Source: Octopus bimaculoides (taxonomy: Eukaryota). Taken from it: a stretch of DNA of 64,000 bases. Under the pieces are notes generated by a model. It was given only the letters and a program-made list of their open reading frames with translations, was not told the DNA's origin and did not search any database. Location: NCBI RefSeq assembly GCF_001194135.2, contig NC_068981.1, positions 57,163,072 through 57,227,071 on the forward strand. Direction: 5' to 3'. This document shows, piece after piece, positions 1 through 12,132 of the stretch. Within the stretch, counting starts at the first letter, position 1. Each line of letters begins with the position of its first letter. The translations under genes and the position numbers were made by a program.

Positions 1-82
1 TATTTGAACTTAATTGTGAATTCTGGTGACTACCACCGAGTCACTCTTAATTTTCAATGCCTTCTACATTACATTACATATC

Positions 83-507
83 TCATAGTGTGGCTGACCA
101 CTGGGGCACTACTGATGACTTTGCAACCATCTGTCTGTCTTCTGCTTCTTGCACTGCATCTCTCATCTTTAGGCCTCTCCACTCACAGATGTTATTTTCC
201 CACCTCTTTCTCTGTCTGCCTCTTCCCCCTTTGACTGTTCTTTGAAAGATTGTTTTGGCCATCCCTGATGAGCACATGACATGCCCAAATCACTTGAGCT
301 TGTGTTCCTTTACTATAGTAAGAAGTTCCTCGTAAGGCCCTATTGCCTGCCTTATTCTTTTTTTCACTTCCTCGTTTGTGACATGATCTCAATATGATAT
401 TACCAAAAGTCTCCTAAAGCATTTCATCTGTGTAGCCTGGATTCTTCTTTCAATCTTTGCTGTTAGTGTCCATGTCTCACAGACGCACAGGAATATTGAG
501 TCACAGC
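83..507 (-). mobile_element. RTE-clade LINE, decayed 3' end of the RT ORF
   Basis: Minus translation SIFLCVCETWTLTAKIERRIQATQMKCFRRLLVISY*DHVTNEEVKKRIRQAIGPYEELLTIVKEHKLK*FGHVMCSSGMAKTIFQRTVKGG-RGRQRKRWENNICEW is a typical RTE ORF C-terminus with in-frame stops. Confidence 0.9.
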
Positions 508-2229
508 CCTGAATTAGGCACCAGATGGAGAAACCCAATTACTTCACTGACTAAAATGTCAGATTTTTAGATGTTATGCAGGATCCTTAAAATATTTGTA
601 TGGAGTCAGAGGTGCAATTAATCTTTAACCATACTTATAAGTAATCCTCCTCGTTAAACACTTCTCTGATAGAAAATTTCAAAAGAATATTACGCGACCA
701 GACATCTTGTTTCCATTTATCTGTAAAACCTACAGCTTTGGTGAAGACAGTCAATATAGTGTTGTGAAAGCTATATTTAACTCTAACCCTCTCACAGGTA
801 GTGCTGATTATTGGAATTTAGATTCTTTCAGTCTGATAACATTTTGAGATCCTGTGCTGATAAGGTGGCATCTGCATCATTTTGAGTAACAATATTTATT
901 TCACAAGAGAGATTAATTGTGTGTGTGTGTGAACCAAACCATAATTGCTACACTTATCAAAGAAACTGCACCCACACCACAACCACTCTACATATAAACA
1001 ATGCACAGTTAAAGCCTTCAAACTACCTAGGTTTCTCAGTCTATGTTGATTTTACACAGTGAGCTCACAAGTATAAAACCACTTCCTTCGACCAGCAAAG
1101 GAGTCTATATGCAATCAAGTGATCTGCAAGTATTAACAACCAAATCTTCAAAGTTCACATTACCATCATAAAATGGATGAAGTTACCATTCTATTCCTTT
1201 TCCACCTGCCTCATCATTGTCATCATCATAATCCTCATTATCAAAGAAACTAATGCAATTCTTTCATTCTCATCATCATTTTTACTATAAATGATTCTCT
1301 TGCTTTTCTCAGCTATGTTTTGGGCATAAACATATTTGTAAAAACAATGTTTCTCTTCATCATTATTATATTTGTCACTAGATTCATTGTCACTGTTGAG
1401 CTGATTCAGAAACACTATTTGTTGAAACACATTTCTCTACATTGTAATGCCATGCTTATAGACACATACAAAACATCATTACAGTCTCTACAGCAACAGA
1501 TAAAAAAAAGCAGAGGTTGAGAAAACTGCTAATGGTTTGCATTGGCACAAATTATACAATAGCTGGAAATGTCAGTTTCCTCCTTCCCCACACAAACTTC
1601 ACTCATCTTTTACAGCAAACACTCTTCTTCATCCTTAGATATGAAAAAGCAATAATAAACAAATAACTTTTAGCTTATGTATCCTATCTTCAAAATATCT
1701 ATGAAATTTTAAGTATTCATTTTCCATATTATCTATTTATCTGTCTGTCTGTCTATCTCTCTTTCTCCTTCTCTCTCCCTCTTTCTCTCCCCCTCTGTTT
1801 GTAATGTGTGTGTGTGTGTGTGTGTGTGTGTGGAAAAGAACCAAGTTTATTATCTTTATCTTATGATATTTACTTTGTATTATATTATACTCATTTATTG
1901 TGCTTTTAATTATTAATTTTTCTATGTGATAGTGGATTTTCATCGATGAGTTCTTGAAACTTGGTTCTTTTCCCTAAAACTATATATTTTTAAAGTGAAG
2001 TATATTTGCCACTTAAATGTGGCTGACCCCTAAGGGTGGATGTTACTGTTGCTTTTAGCCCCAGGAGAACATCTCCTCCAGCTGGCTTATCGACACACAT
2101 CTGTGTCCTCTTATATATTTTAATCTGTAAAGCTCAATTTAATTTTAATTTTTTATAAATTGATTTTAATTTAGTTTTTACCTGTAATTTTGGATTTTGT
2201 CCCTAATATTATTATTATTATATATATAT

Positions 2230-2500
2230 ATCATTGTCATCATTTCATGCTTGCATAAGTTTCATAAAGCAAATTTTCTGCAGTGTCACCATCCCTCACC
2301 TTCTTCCAAGCAAGTTAATATTTTCCCATAGTTAGACAGGTTTTTTTTTTTTTATGGAAGGGTGGGAACAAACAACCTCACTTGTATGGCAATGATGCTC
2401 ATTTAAACCATCATGTGGTACCTAGACAACGGTACACACACATGCATATCTATATATACATGTGTGTGTCTGTGTGTATGTATGCTGCATCCTTATTGCT
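2230..2500 (-). mobile_element. SINE 3' body type C' (RTE-like tail), decayed
   Basis: Similar to 28385-28620, 38810-39025 and 59360-59560; (TCA)n/catttcatgcttgcat tail at the left end. Confidence 0.6.
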
Positions 2501-2674
2501 TGCTAATGTTCATGAAGGACACATTTTGCTGATGAAGCAACATGATTTTTGATCTAGTTACTGGGGTGATATTTATAACGCTTTCCCATAGCAAATTAAT
2601 GTGTAACACTGCTCATTTATTAAACAAAGCAATGCAGTATGACCAGCCATATGACCACCCTATAAGCTTTTTCT

Positions 2675-2895
2675 TGAACTTGTTTCAGTCATTAGACTGC
2701 AGCCATGCTTGGGTACCCCGCTGGAGAATTTTTAGTTGAATGAATTAACTCCAGTACTTCTTTTATTAAGCCTGGTACTTATTCTCTTGGTCTCTTTTAT
2801 GGAACCGGTATGTTCTGGAGCATAAACATACTAACACCAGTTGTCTAGCAGTGGGTGGGGGTGAGAAACACAGACACAAAGACATACACACATAA

Positions 2896-2927
<32 letters not shown>

Positions 2928-3090
2928 GCACCACAGGCTTCTTTTAGTTTCTGTTAGCCAAATCCACTCACAAGGCTTTGGTCAGTCCAAGGCTATAGTT
3001 GAAGACATTTGCCCAAGGTGCCACTCAGTGGGGCTGAACCTGAAACTATGTGGTGGGGAAGGAAGCTTTTTACCACACAGTCACACCTGC
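2675..3090 (-). mobile_element. tRNA-derived SINE family A (head + microsatellite hinge + body D), near full length
   Basis: Head (~2935-3090) is the reverse complement of GTGGCTGTGTGGTAAG...GGTTCAG.CCC...CCTTGGGCAA...; TA hinge; body D at 2675-2890. The CCTTGGGCAAGTG motif resembles the CORE-SINE start (from memory). Confidence 0.85.
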
Positions 3091-3104
3091 ACCTATATAT
3101 ATCA

Positions 3105-3285
3105 TCTTAATCATTATTTAACATCCACTTTCCATGTTGGCATGGGTTGGATGGTTTGACTGAGGACTGACAAACCAGGAGGCTGCACCAGGCTCCAATC
3201 TGATCTGGCAAGGTTTCTACAGCTGGATGCCCTTCCTAATGCCAACCACTCCAAGAGATGTAGTGGGTACATTTTACATGCTATA
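3105..3285 (-). mobile_element. Family C repeat: 3' end with RTE-type GCATGGAAAG.GGA.GTTAAA(TGA)n tail
   Basis: About 85% similar by eye to 62546-62740. Confidence 0.8.
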
Positions 3286-3336
3286 TATATATATATTCTT
3301 TTTTTCCATATAGAACATATATTCATAATCGTGTGT

Positions 3337-3416
<80 letters not shown>

Positions 3417-3841
3417 GTATGTATGTACATATATATTTCATAGTTTTGTTATATATATATCCATCTATCATGTGTATTCCATAACTTTTTACATGTATAT
3501 TCCATCCCTATACCTCAACTTCATATGTAACCTTAAGAAAGTTTTTTTATTTTTAAAAATACATAATTAAATAAATCAAAAACAAAATAAATACCTAAAT
3601 CCCACCAGTGTTACTCAGCTATCATCTTTTGTAGGCTGTGGCTCCATACATGCCCCTCCCCCCACCTCTTCTGAAACAGCACTGTTTATATAATTTAAGA
3701 GAGTTGATGCTTCATTACTAACTTAATGAGGCATCAACTCTGTTAACTTATTCCTACTTGAGTGCAGATTGACCTTAGATATGTAGTTAACTCCTAAGAG
3801 TATTCAAAATTGTCCTCAACAGCATGGATCTCTGGGGTTAC

Positions 3842-4321
3842 CCTCTATACATTTTCTAAATATTTTTTTCACCTAAGACAAATGTATTATCGACAACCAT
3901 CATATAAGTATGAGTTTGTGTGCATGTGTTTAAGTAATATTACATCTACCTTTCCCTTTTCTATGGTGCATATATATATATAGTGTGTGTGCATATATGT
4001 GTATATATTTATATATATATATGGTGTGGCTGTGTATATATGTCTATTTGTATTTCTAAGCATACATACACACATATGGAATGTTGATATGTTTTGAGTT
4101 AGGGAAGTAGGCAACTACTTAATTTATGTTGCTAAGATCCCTGGTAATGGAAAAATGTCTTGGTTCTAATTTATTTCCATTGAAGTCTATAGATCTAATT
4201 AGCCATTAATGGATACCACTGGTTACAAAAATTAAAACAGAATGTATAGTCATTTGGTGTTCGACTCTATTTGTCACACTGGTGTGATCTACATCAATGT
4301 AATCATGATCATATATTGCAT

Positions 4322-4353
<32 letters not shown>

Positions 4354-7300
4354 TGCTACACACACGCATGCATTCATGCATTCATAACTTCATGCATGCA
4401 TACATACATACATACATACATACATACATGCATACATGCATACATGCATGCATACATGCATGCATACATACATACAGACTTATATGCACACACATTTGCA
4501 AACAAACAAAATCCAAAGTATATTCGAAAAGGTGACATATTTTCTCACAAGTCAAATTAATTGACAATTTGCCAAGAGATTTCCAGTATGTCTTCTTTTG
4601 ACTTCAGTTATATGTCACTAATATTATAGCTCACTTTATATGTCACTAACTTTACAGATCAACTATTGTATTCTTCATATTTTTATTTTCATGTTATATG
4701 GATGGCCTTACTAGTTTTCAACTCTGGTATAATAGAAGCTAATACAAAATAATCTGTTATGTGTGTGTATGTGCACATGCGTGTGTGTGTTGTATTGGCA
4801 AGGCAGCCAGGCTTTAACCATTGATAGAAAGATTGTTTGAATCCTGCTTATTATATTCTTTCCATTGATAACGTTTTTACTTAAAACTTGGTATTTTCTT
4901 GCTACTTATGTGTTAAATAAATGCCTTGAAAACCTAGAGAGATTTGATAAGCTACACAAGAATACATTTGTGGTTGTTGTTATAGCTCTAGTTGTTGCTT
5001 GTCTTCAGGTCAGTCTTGAATGGGCAAACTTATGATTAAAGGTATTCAAGAGATACCATTCCTTCATTTTTGATGGGCTATATTTATATCAAAGGCTATA
5101 TCTATATCATCCTGTATTTCATTCCATTTTCAAGAAGGTATGGTATGATTTAAGAGAGATCTGGTTGCTATTCCAAGCATGTCAAGCAATCATTTTGAGG
5201 TTCCCTTATTAACTTTTCAGGTTATGTGTTACAGTATTTTCATATACAGCTTATCACAACTATTCTGATTCTCATTTGAAACAATAAGGTATTCTATGCA
5301 TTACTATATATATTTTAATTAATTTCATGCATTGGAGCAAGATGCTAAATTTGAAAGGATGGTAAACAATTGGTCAAATTGACCTTAGTATATACTACTG
5401 ATAGTTATTCTATTGAACACTGAAAGTTAAAAAGTAACATCATTTCTGACAAGATTTGAACCGAAAGCATCAGTAAATCTGAATCAAAATATCATTTGGC
5501 ATTTAGTCTGGCAATCTTTTTTCTATAATTCCACTGTTCTTTTTTTAAAAACTGCAAAGATAACCAGGCTATTATTCTCAACTAAATGTCATATCCCACA
5601 GTAGGAGTGGTCATCTGCCAGTTTCTAATGATGACTTTTCCCAGTCATTAAAAGGCTCCCGGTTTATTCATTGCAACATACACCTGCAGATGGATGAGTC
5701 TTGCTGTTCAAAGCAGGAAATGTCAAGAGAAGCAGGTTCACCACATGCACATATGAACAATGTTTGCGACTTTGCAACATTAGGCTTTAACAAATAACAG
5801 ATACATCAGGCATATTTTCAGTTGAACATGCATATAAGAACTCCTGCTGCTTGAATATATAATTTGGTGTGTGTGTGTGAGAGAGAGAGAGACTGAAGTT
5901 AATAGACATCAGAGTGAGCAGGTAGTGTGATAAGGAATGAGAAGGAAAAGCTGGGGCCTGAGGCAATCACAGTTATGGAAGTGGATAGACAGGAAAACTA
6001 GTATTATTGTTCTTAAGAAATGGGGTTTTTTTTCTTTTGTTTTTTGTTTTTCTTAGTGTAAATACTTTGCTATAATGTGGAATAAGTAAAACTGTATTTT
6101 CTATGCAACATATTGTGCTCTATACACAGTAATTTAGTAATGTTTACAGAGGAAGTGGTAGTTTTTGAAGTTTATCTAATACAGGTGAGAGACAGGAAGA
6201 GAGGAAGGGAAAGAAAGAGATGCAGAACATGGCAGTAATTTATACAAAAGTATTAGACTGATTGTTATATGTTGCAAGATGAGTATTGTGATAGTGATCT
6301 GATCATGGATCAGAGTCAAAAATAAATTAGAGCAAGAGTAGCATATAATTAGAGTTTACTGTTAAAACATGCCTTATCTATAGCTGTTTGGGCACGGGGA
6401 CAGACAGAATAGTATGTTAGACTACCCTATAAAGTAGTAACGACTATCATGTTTGGTAGAGTATTCAAAAGCAGTTTAGTTATTGTCAGATATTGAGTCC
6501 TATTGATTACATATCTTCAAACAATTTATATAAACTAATAAGACCTATTATAAGTATCAATAAATGTTATTTTAAATTATTTTGTTTAGATTCTTATTAT
6601 CTTCCTAATTAATGCTGTTATGATAAAGTAGTTTTGATTAAGGATCTATTACTCAATATGACAATATTCAATAACTAATATTTAGAGTCAATATCATGGA
6701 TATTTTCTATTGTCTTTCCCTTGGATTTCTTTATATGATTTCTCTTACTGTAAAATGACACTAAGCTTACCCCTGTAACTTTTAAACTGGCTACATCCAG
6801 CCCAAATATTCTACCTGTCTTATGTTCAAACTGGCCAGATCCAGCTTCTCACACTTAGCCTACAATATCATTCTAAAAGTAAGCAATCATATATTGAAAT
6901 CTCAAAGCTATGAGATAATTCATGATTAATTTTTTTTTAAATGTGATTAAATAAACATTACTTTTGATAGAATAATCTGAATGCTAAAGGATTATAATTC
7001 CTGAAATACAAGTTTGTGTAAAATAAAATTGACCAAAAACTTTGAACAGTAGTAATATAAGAGAAATCGCAGCCAAGTTATTTGAACTCAAAAACACTAG
7101 ATACTGAGCTGAATACTAAGCAGCTACTCTGAATTTCTAACAACTATACTGCCATCACCACCACACTACTTCAGAAATAATACAATATTTTATATTCATT
7201 TAAAAAAAAAAAAGAACTAAAAGTGGTAAACTCATTTATAAATGTAATTTTTTATGTTAAAATTCCTTTGAAAATTATGTTGCTAGTTTTACAACTACAT

Positions 7301-10300
7301 TAGAACTACTTTACATTGTAAATTAACATTTTCACACCTGTCTCCAATCATTGAATTCAGTACCACTGCATAATGATGATGTACCATAACACAGCTAAAA
7401 TGGTTTCTAGTAAACAGGAAATCATTATTCTTTATTACTTTTATTTTTTTTACCTGCGTAGACTTAATGCTGATCTTTTTGCATTTTTGATTCATCCTAA
7501 ATTTAATGGAGTATCTAATCCTACTGAGATAGAAACATAGATACAACAATTTTAATTATTTCATTTGATATTTTATATAGCCTAAACTACCTTGATAACA
7601 TCAGCTCCTTATGATATCAACAATTTACACCTTACATATTGATTTATTTCACTTCAGTTACCAAGTGGATATGTTATATAATATATATAACGTACATACT
7701 ACATACTTTGGTTTTACTACTTACTGCAGTTTAATATAACACTTACAGAACTAGATGTACTAACTATTCAGCTGATTTCCTTTTTCTCTTTTTTCTTGTT
7801 TTGGGGTTTTCAGCTTTAATAAATTATGGTAAAAAAGAAAACAGCTATACAGTATTTTATGTCCCTATGATAGCCTCATTTTAGTTACTTATTTCTCTTT
7901 GAATGTGTGTGTGTGTGAAAGAGTGAGAGAGAGAGAGAGAAATATGTTTTTGTCTAGCTCTAGGAACTCTATGTGTCTAAGTCAACAGTTATTTGCCTGT
8001 TAGCAGTTCATATCTTGTTGCTGGCTGTGTACTGTACCCATGGGCAACACACTTCACTCTCAACACCTCTGTTAACTTAGCTGGAAACAGCTTGCTGCTG
8101 TTTAGCCCCAGGTCAGCCCTGATCAAGTAGACCTATGATTTCAGCTGCTGTGACCATACTATATTTTTTCTGAAATAATATATCTAAGACTACATTAACT
8201 AATGTGCCCTTCCTTATTTTTATGGTGTTAAAAGAGAGCTGTGGTTGTTATTCTAACAGGGCAGACCAGCACCCTCCATTGGCTTGAAAACGGTTATTAC
8301 TGGTATAAATAGTCACTGCATTGTAAAACTGAAGCTTGTTTTCTTTGCTTAAAGTATACTGAGATCTATTAACTCCTTACATGTTTTAGATGCAGAAAGA
8401 TGGTTTTTAAAACATTCATCTCAAATATAGAAGTGAAAGCCTAGGCTTCGGGTATCTGCTCTGCAGAAACTTTCTATATTGCTTTTTAAAATGTTCTAGA
8501 ATTTCATTTATTGAGATATGAATAGGATTGAAACAAGTCCACATCTTTTCCCCATAAGTGTCATAAATATAAATGAAATCACTTAAATCTTTTTATACTA
8601 ATATCTATCTAGACTGTAATCCAGGCTATGATAATTATATATATTTCTTATAAAACAACTGTAAAAGAAGCTCTTAGTTAAAATCAAACAACTCTGGTTT
8701 ACATTTGTCAACCTGAAGAAGATATTTGACATGGTCTCACTCTCTGCAGTTTGGTAGGTGCTGAGAAAGCTAAGTGTACATAACTGACTTAGTTCAAATT
8801 ATGTTCAAAGGGCACTGAAAGATTAAGATTAACAGAAAATTCAGTAAAAACAGTTAATGTAGATAAGTAGTGGTGATGGTGGTGGTTTATGTAATATAAG
8901 TGCATGCCTGCATGTGTGTATGTGTATAATAAATGCAATATTGTGAAATGAAAGTATCACAACACCATTAAAGAAATCTTCATGTAGTGCAGGGGGAGGG
9001 AATCTTTGGCAAATTACATAAGAGTCTGTGGGGTGCATCTGTGCTGAGAAAAATAATGAATCTTTAATTCTTTAATTTTATTAATTCATAGGTATGTACT
9101 TATATTGGATNNNNNNNNNNNNNNNNNNNNNNNNNNNNNNNNNNNNNNNNNNNNNNNNNNNNNNNNNNNNNNNNNNNNNNNNNNNNNNNNNNNNNNNNNN
9201 NNNNNNNNNNNNNNNNNNNNNNNNNNNNNNNNNNNNNNNNNNNNNNNNNNNNNNNNNNNNNNNNNNNNNNNNNNNNNNNNNNNNNNNNNNNNNNNNNNNN
9301 NNNNNNTATATATATATATATATATATTTAGAGAACTGCATACTGGTGAAGTTCTACCAGCATGCAGTTTCAAATTTGAGTATGAGTAAAATTCCACCCT
9401 CAAGCAAGGAACTCTTTACCTCTGATACAGTGTCAAGAGCAAGTCAGCCTAAGGTGTCTTGGTACCACCAGTCTTGATTATGCATTGGAAGAGAGCTGGC
9501 AAAAGTTATGGGTACTGCCCCAATTACCCTTGACTAACTTATATAAAGTGATTACATACATGTGTGGCTGCATGGTAGGAAGCTTGCTCCCCAACAACAT
9601 TGCTCTAGATTCATTTCCACTGGATTGCACCTTGTGCAAGTGTCTTGCCTTGGATGAACCAAAGCCTTGCAAGTGAATTTAGCAGACAGACTCAGAAAAG
9701 AAACGCTGTGTGTGTGTGTGTGTGTACGCGTATCTATCTGTGTATTTATATATATGTGTATGTCTATCTATATATATGTATGTATATATATATATATGTA
9801 TGTATATATATATNNNNNNNNNNNNNNNNNNNNNNNNNNNNNNNNNNNNNNNNNNNNNNNNNNNNNNNNNNNNNNNNNNNNNNNNNNNNNNNNNNNNNNN
9901 NNNNNNNNNNNNNNNNNNNNNNNNNNNNNNNNNNNNNNNNNNNNNNNNNNNNNNNNNNNNNNNNNNNNNNNNNNNNNNNNNNNNNNNNNNNNNNNNNNNN
10001 NNNNNNNNNNNNNNNNNNNNNNNNNNNNNNNNNNNNNNNNNNNNNNNNNNNNNNNNNNNNNNNNNNNNNNNNNNNNNNNNNNNNNNNNNNNNNNNNNNNN
10101 NNNNNNNNNNNNNNNNNNNNNNNNNNNNNNNNNNNNNNNNNNNNNNNNNNNNNNNNNNNNNNNNNNNNNNNNNNNNNNNNNNNNNNNNNNNNNNNNNNNN
10201 NNNNNNNNNNNNNNNNNNNNNNNNNNNNNNNNNNNNNNNNNNNNNNNNNNNNNNNNNNNNNNNNNNNNNNNNNNNNNNNNNNNNNNNNNNNNNNNNNNNN

Positions 10301-11997
10301 NNNNNNNNNNNNNNNNNNNNNNNNNNNNNNNNNNNNNNNNNNNNNNNNNNNNNNNNNNNNNNNNNNNNNNNNNNNNNNNNNNNNNNNNNNNNNNNNNNNN
10401 NNNNNNNNNNNNNNNNNNNNNNNNNNNNNNNNNNNNNNNNNNNNNNNNNNNNNNNNNNNNNNNNNNNNNNNNNNNNNNNNNNNNNNNNNNNNNNNNNNNN
10501 NNNNNNNNNNNNNNNNNNNNNNNNNNNNNNNNNNNNNNNNNNNNNNNNNNNNNNNNNNNNNNNNNNNNNNNNNNNNNNNNNNNNNNNNNNNNNNNNNNNN
10601 NNNNNNNNNNNNNNNNNNNNNNNNNNNNNNNNNNNNNNNNNNNNNNNNNNNNNNNNNNNNNNNNNNNNNNNNNNNNNNNNNNNNNNNNNNNNNNNNNNNN
10701 NNNNNNNNNNNNNNNNNNNNNNNNNNNNNNNNNNNNNNNNNNNNNNNNNNNNNNNNNNNNNNNNNNNNNNNNNNNNNNNNNNNNNNNNNNNNNNNNNNGG
10801 TACTGGCAACGGCCACGCTCAAAAAGGTGTTTTTTACATGCCACCTGCACGGGAGCCAGTCCAGCGGCACTGGCAACAACCTCGCTCAAATGATTTTCTA
10901 ACATGCCACCAGCACAAGTGCTAGAAGGCGATGCTGGTAACGATTCTGCTCAAATGGTGCTATTTACAGGCCACTAGCATGGAAGCCAGACAGCTGCTCT
11001 GCCAATGAACATGCTCGGACAGTGCTATTAGTGCTCCACTGGCGCAGGTGCCAGTCATCGAGTATGGTTCAATTACGCTTTCGATTTCACTTGCCCCAAC
11101 AGGTCTTCGCAAGTAGAGTTTAGTGTCCAATGAAGGAGAGGTTGGCATGGGTGCACACACACACACACACATACATACATGCATGAATGAATGAGAGAGG
11201 AGAGGAGGGAGATCTCATTAGAATTATTACAAACAAAAATTCGAAACTGCCACATACCTTTATTACTGCCACATACTTTTGTGTGTGAAAATATAGAATA
11301 TCCAAAATGACTAAACTCTAAATAGAAATATATATATAAATGGAGATATATACTGAGTAGGTGCATAAGAGTTTATGCCAATTTGTAGTTTTAGTTCATA
11401 AGTATTATAAAATAATAAAATAATAAAAAATATTTGAACTCACCTCCTAGCTATATGAGTACCCTTGTATTTTGAGATAATATAAGTCAAGCTATATTTC
11501 CCTAAATTTACCTAGGATAAATTTTTATTGACAAACATAATATTGCTTCCTCTCAGTTTTGCTCTTTAAGATTCATCCAACCTTGTGCCTATTAACAATT
11601 GCCTTTCACCAGTAGAAAACTTCAGATGGCAGAATACTTTCTTGAGCAAGATAATATTGATAAATGTATATCTTTTACATACACAGCTTGCATTTTTGTA
11701 TGTATATGTGTGTATGAGTATGTGTGTGTGTGTAGGTATACCTTTTACACACAGGTATGCATGCACATACAACCTCATGCGTGTATATGTATGTGTGTGT
11801 GTATGTGTATATATATATGTATATATATATATATACATAGACATACACACACACATTCACAGATATACATAGAGAGAGAAAAAGACACTTATGCATAAAA
11901 TGTCCTTTGCATATATATATATGTGTGTGTTTGTATGTATATATATGTCTGTATATATATATATATGTATGTGTGTATATATACATATGTATAATGA

Positions 11998-12032
<35 letters not shown>

Positions 12033-12093
12033 CACATACACGCATGTGTGTACACTCATTATATATGTACATACATTCAGATATATATATATA

Positions 12094-12132
<39 letters not shown>

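Noticed and set aside
1191-1430. Acidic minus ORF resembling a piggyBac N-terminus
   Set aside because: Driven by (TCA)n low complexity; no catalytic motifs nearby.
2010-2225. GC-richer block ending in (TTA)n, possibly a LINE 3' UTR
   Set aside because: Single copy in the window and no coding remnant, so it cannot be supported.
4658-4726. Plus exon-like segment with a signal-peptide-like frame ([16 protein letters not shown])
   Set aside because: The hydrophobicity follows from T-richness, the donor is weak, and there is no linked exon.
9081-10924. Long ORFs of 370-418 aa in the ORF track
   Set aside because: They consist of N-gap X residues and TA/TG microsatellite translations.
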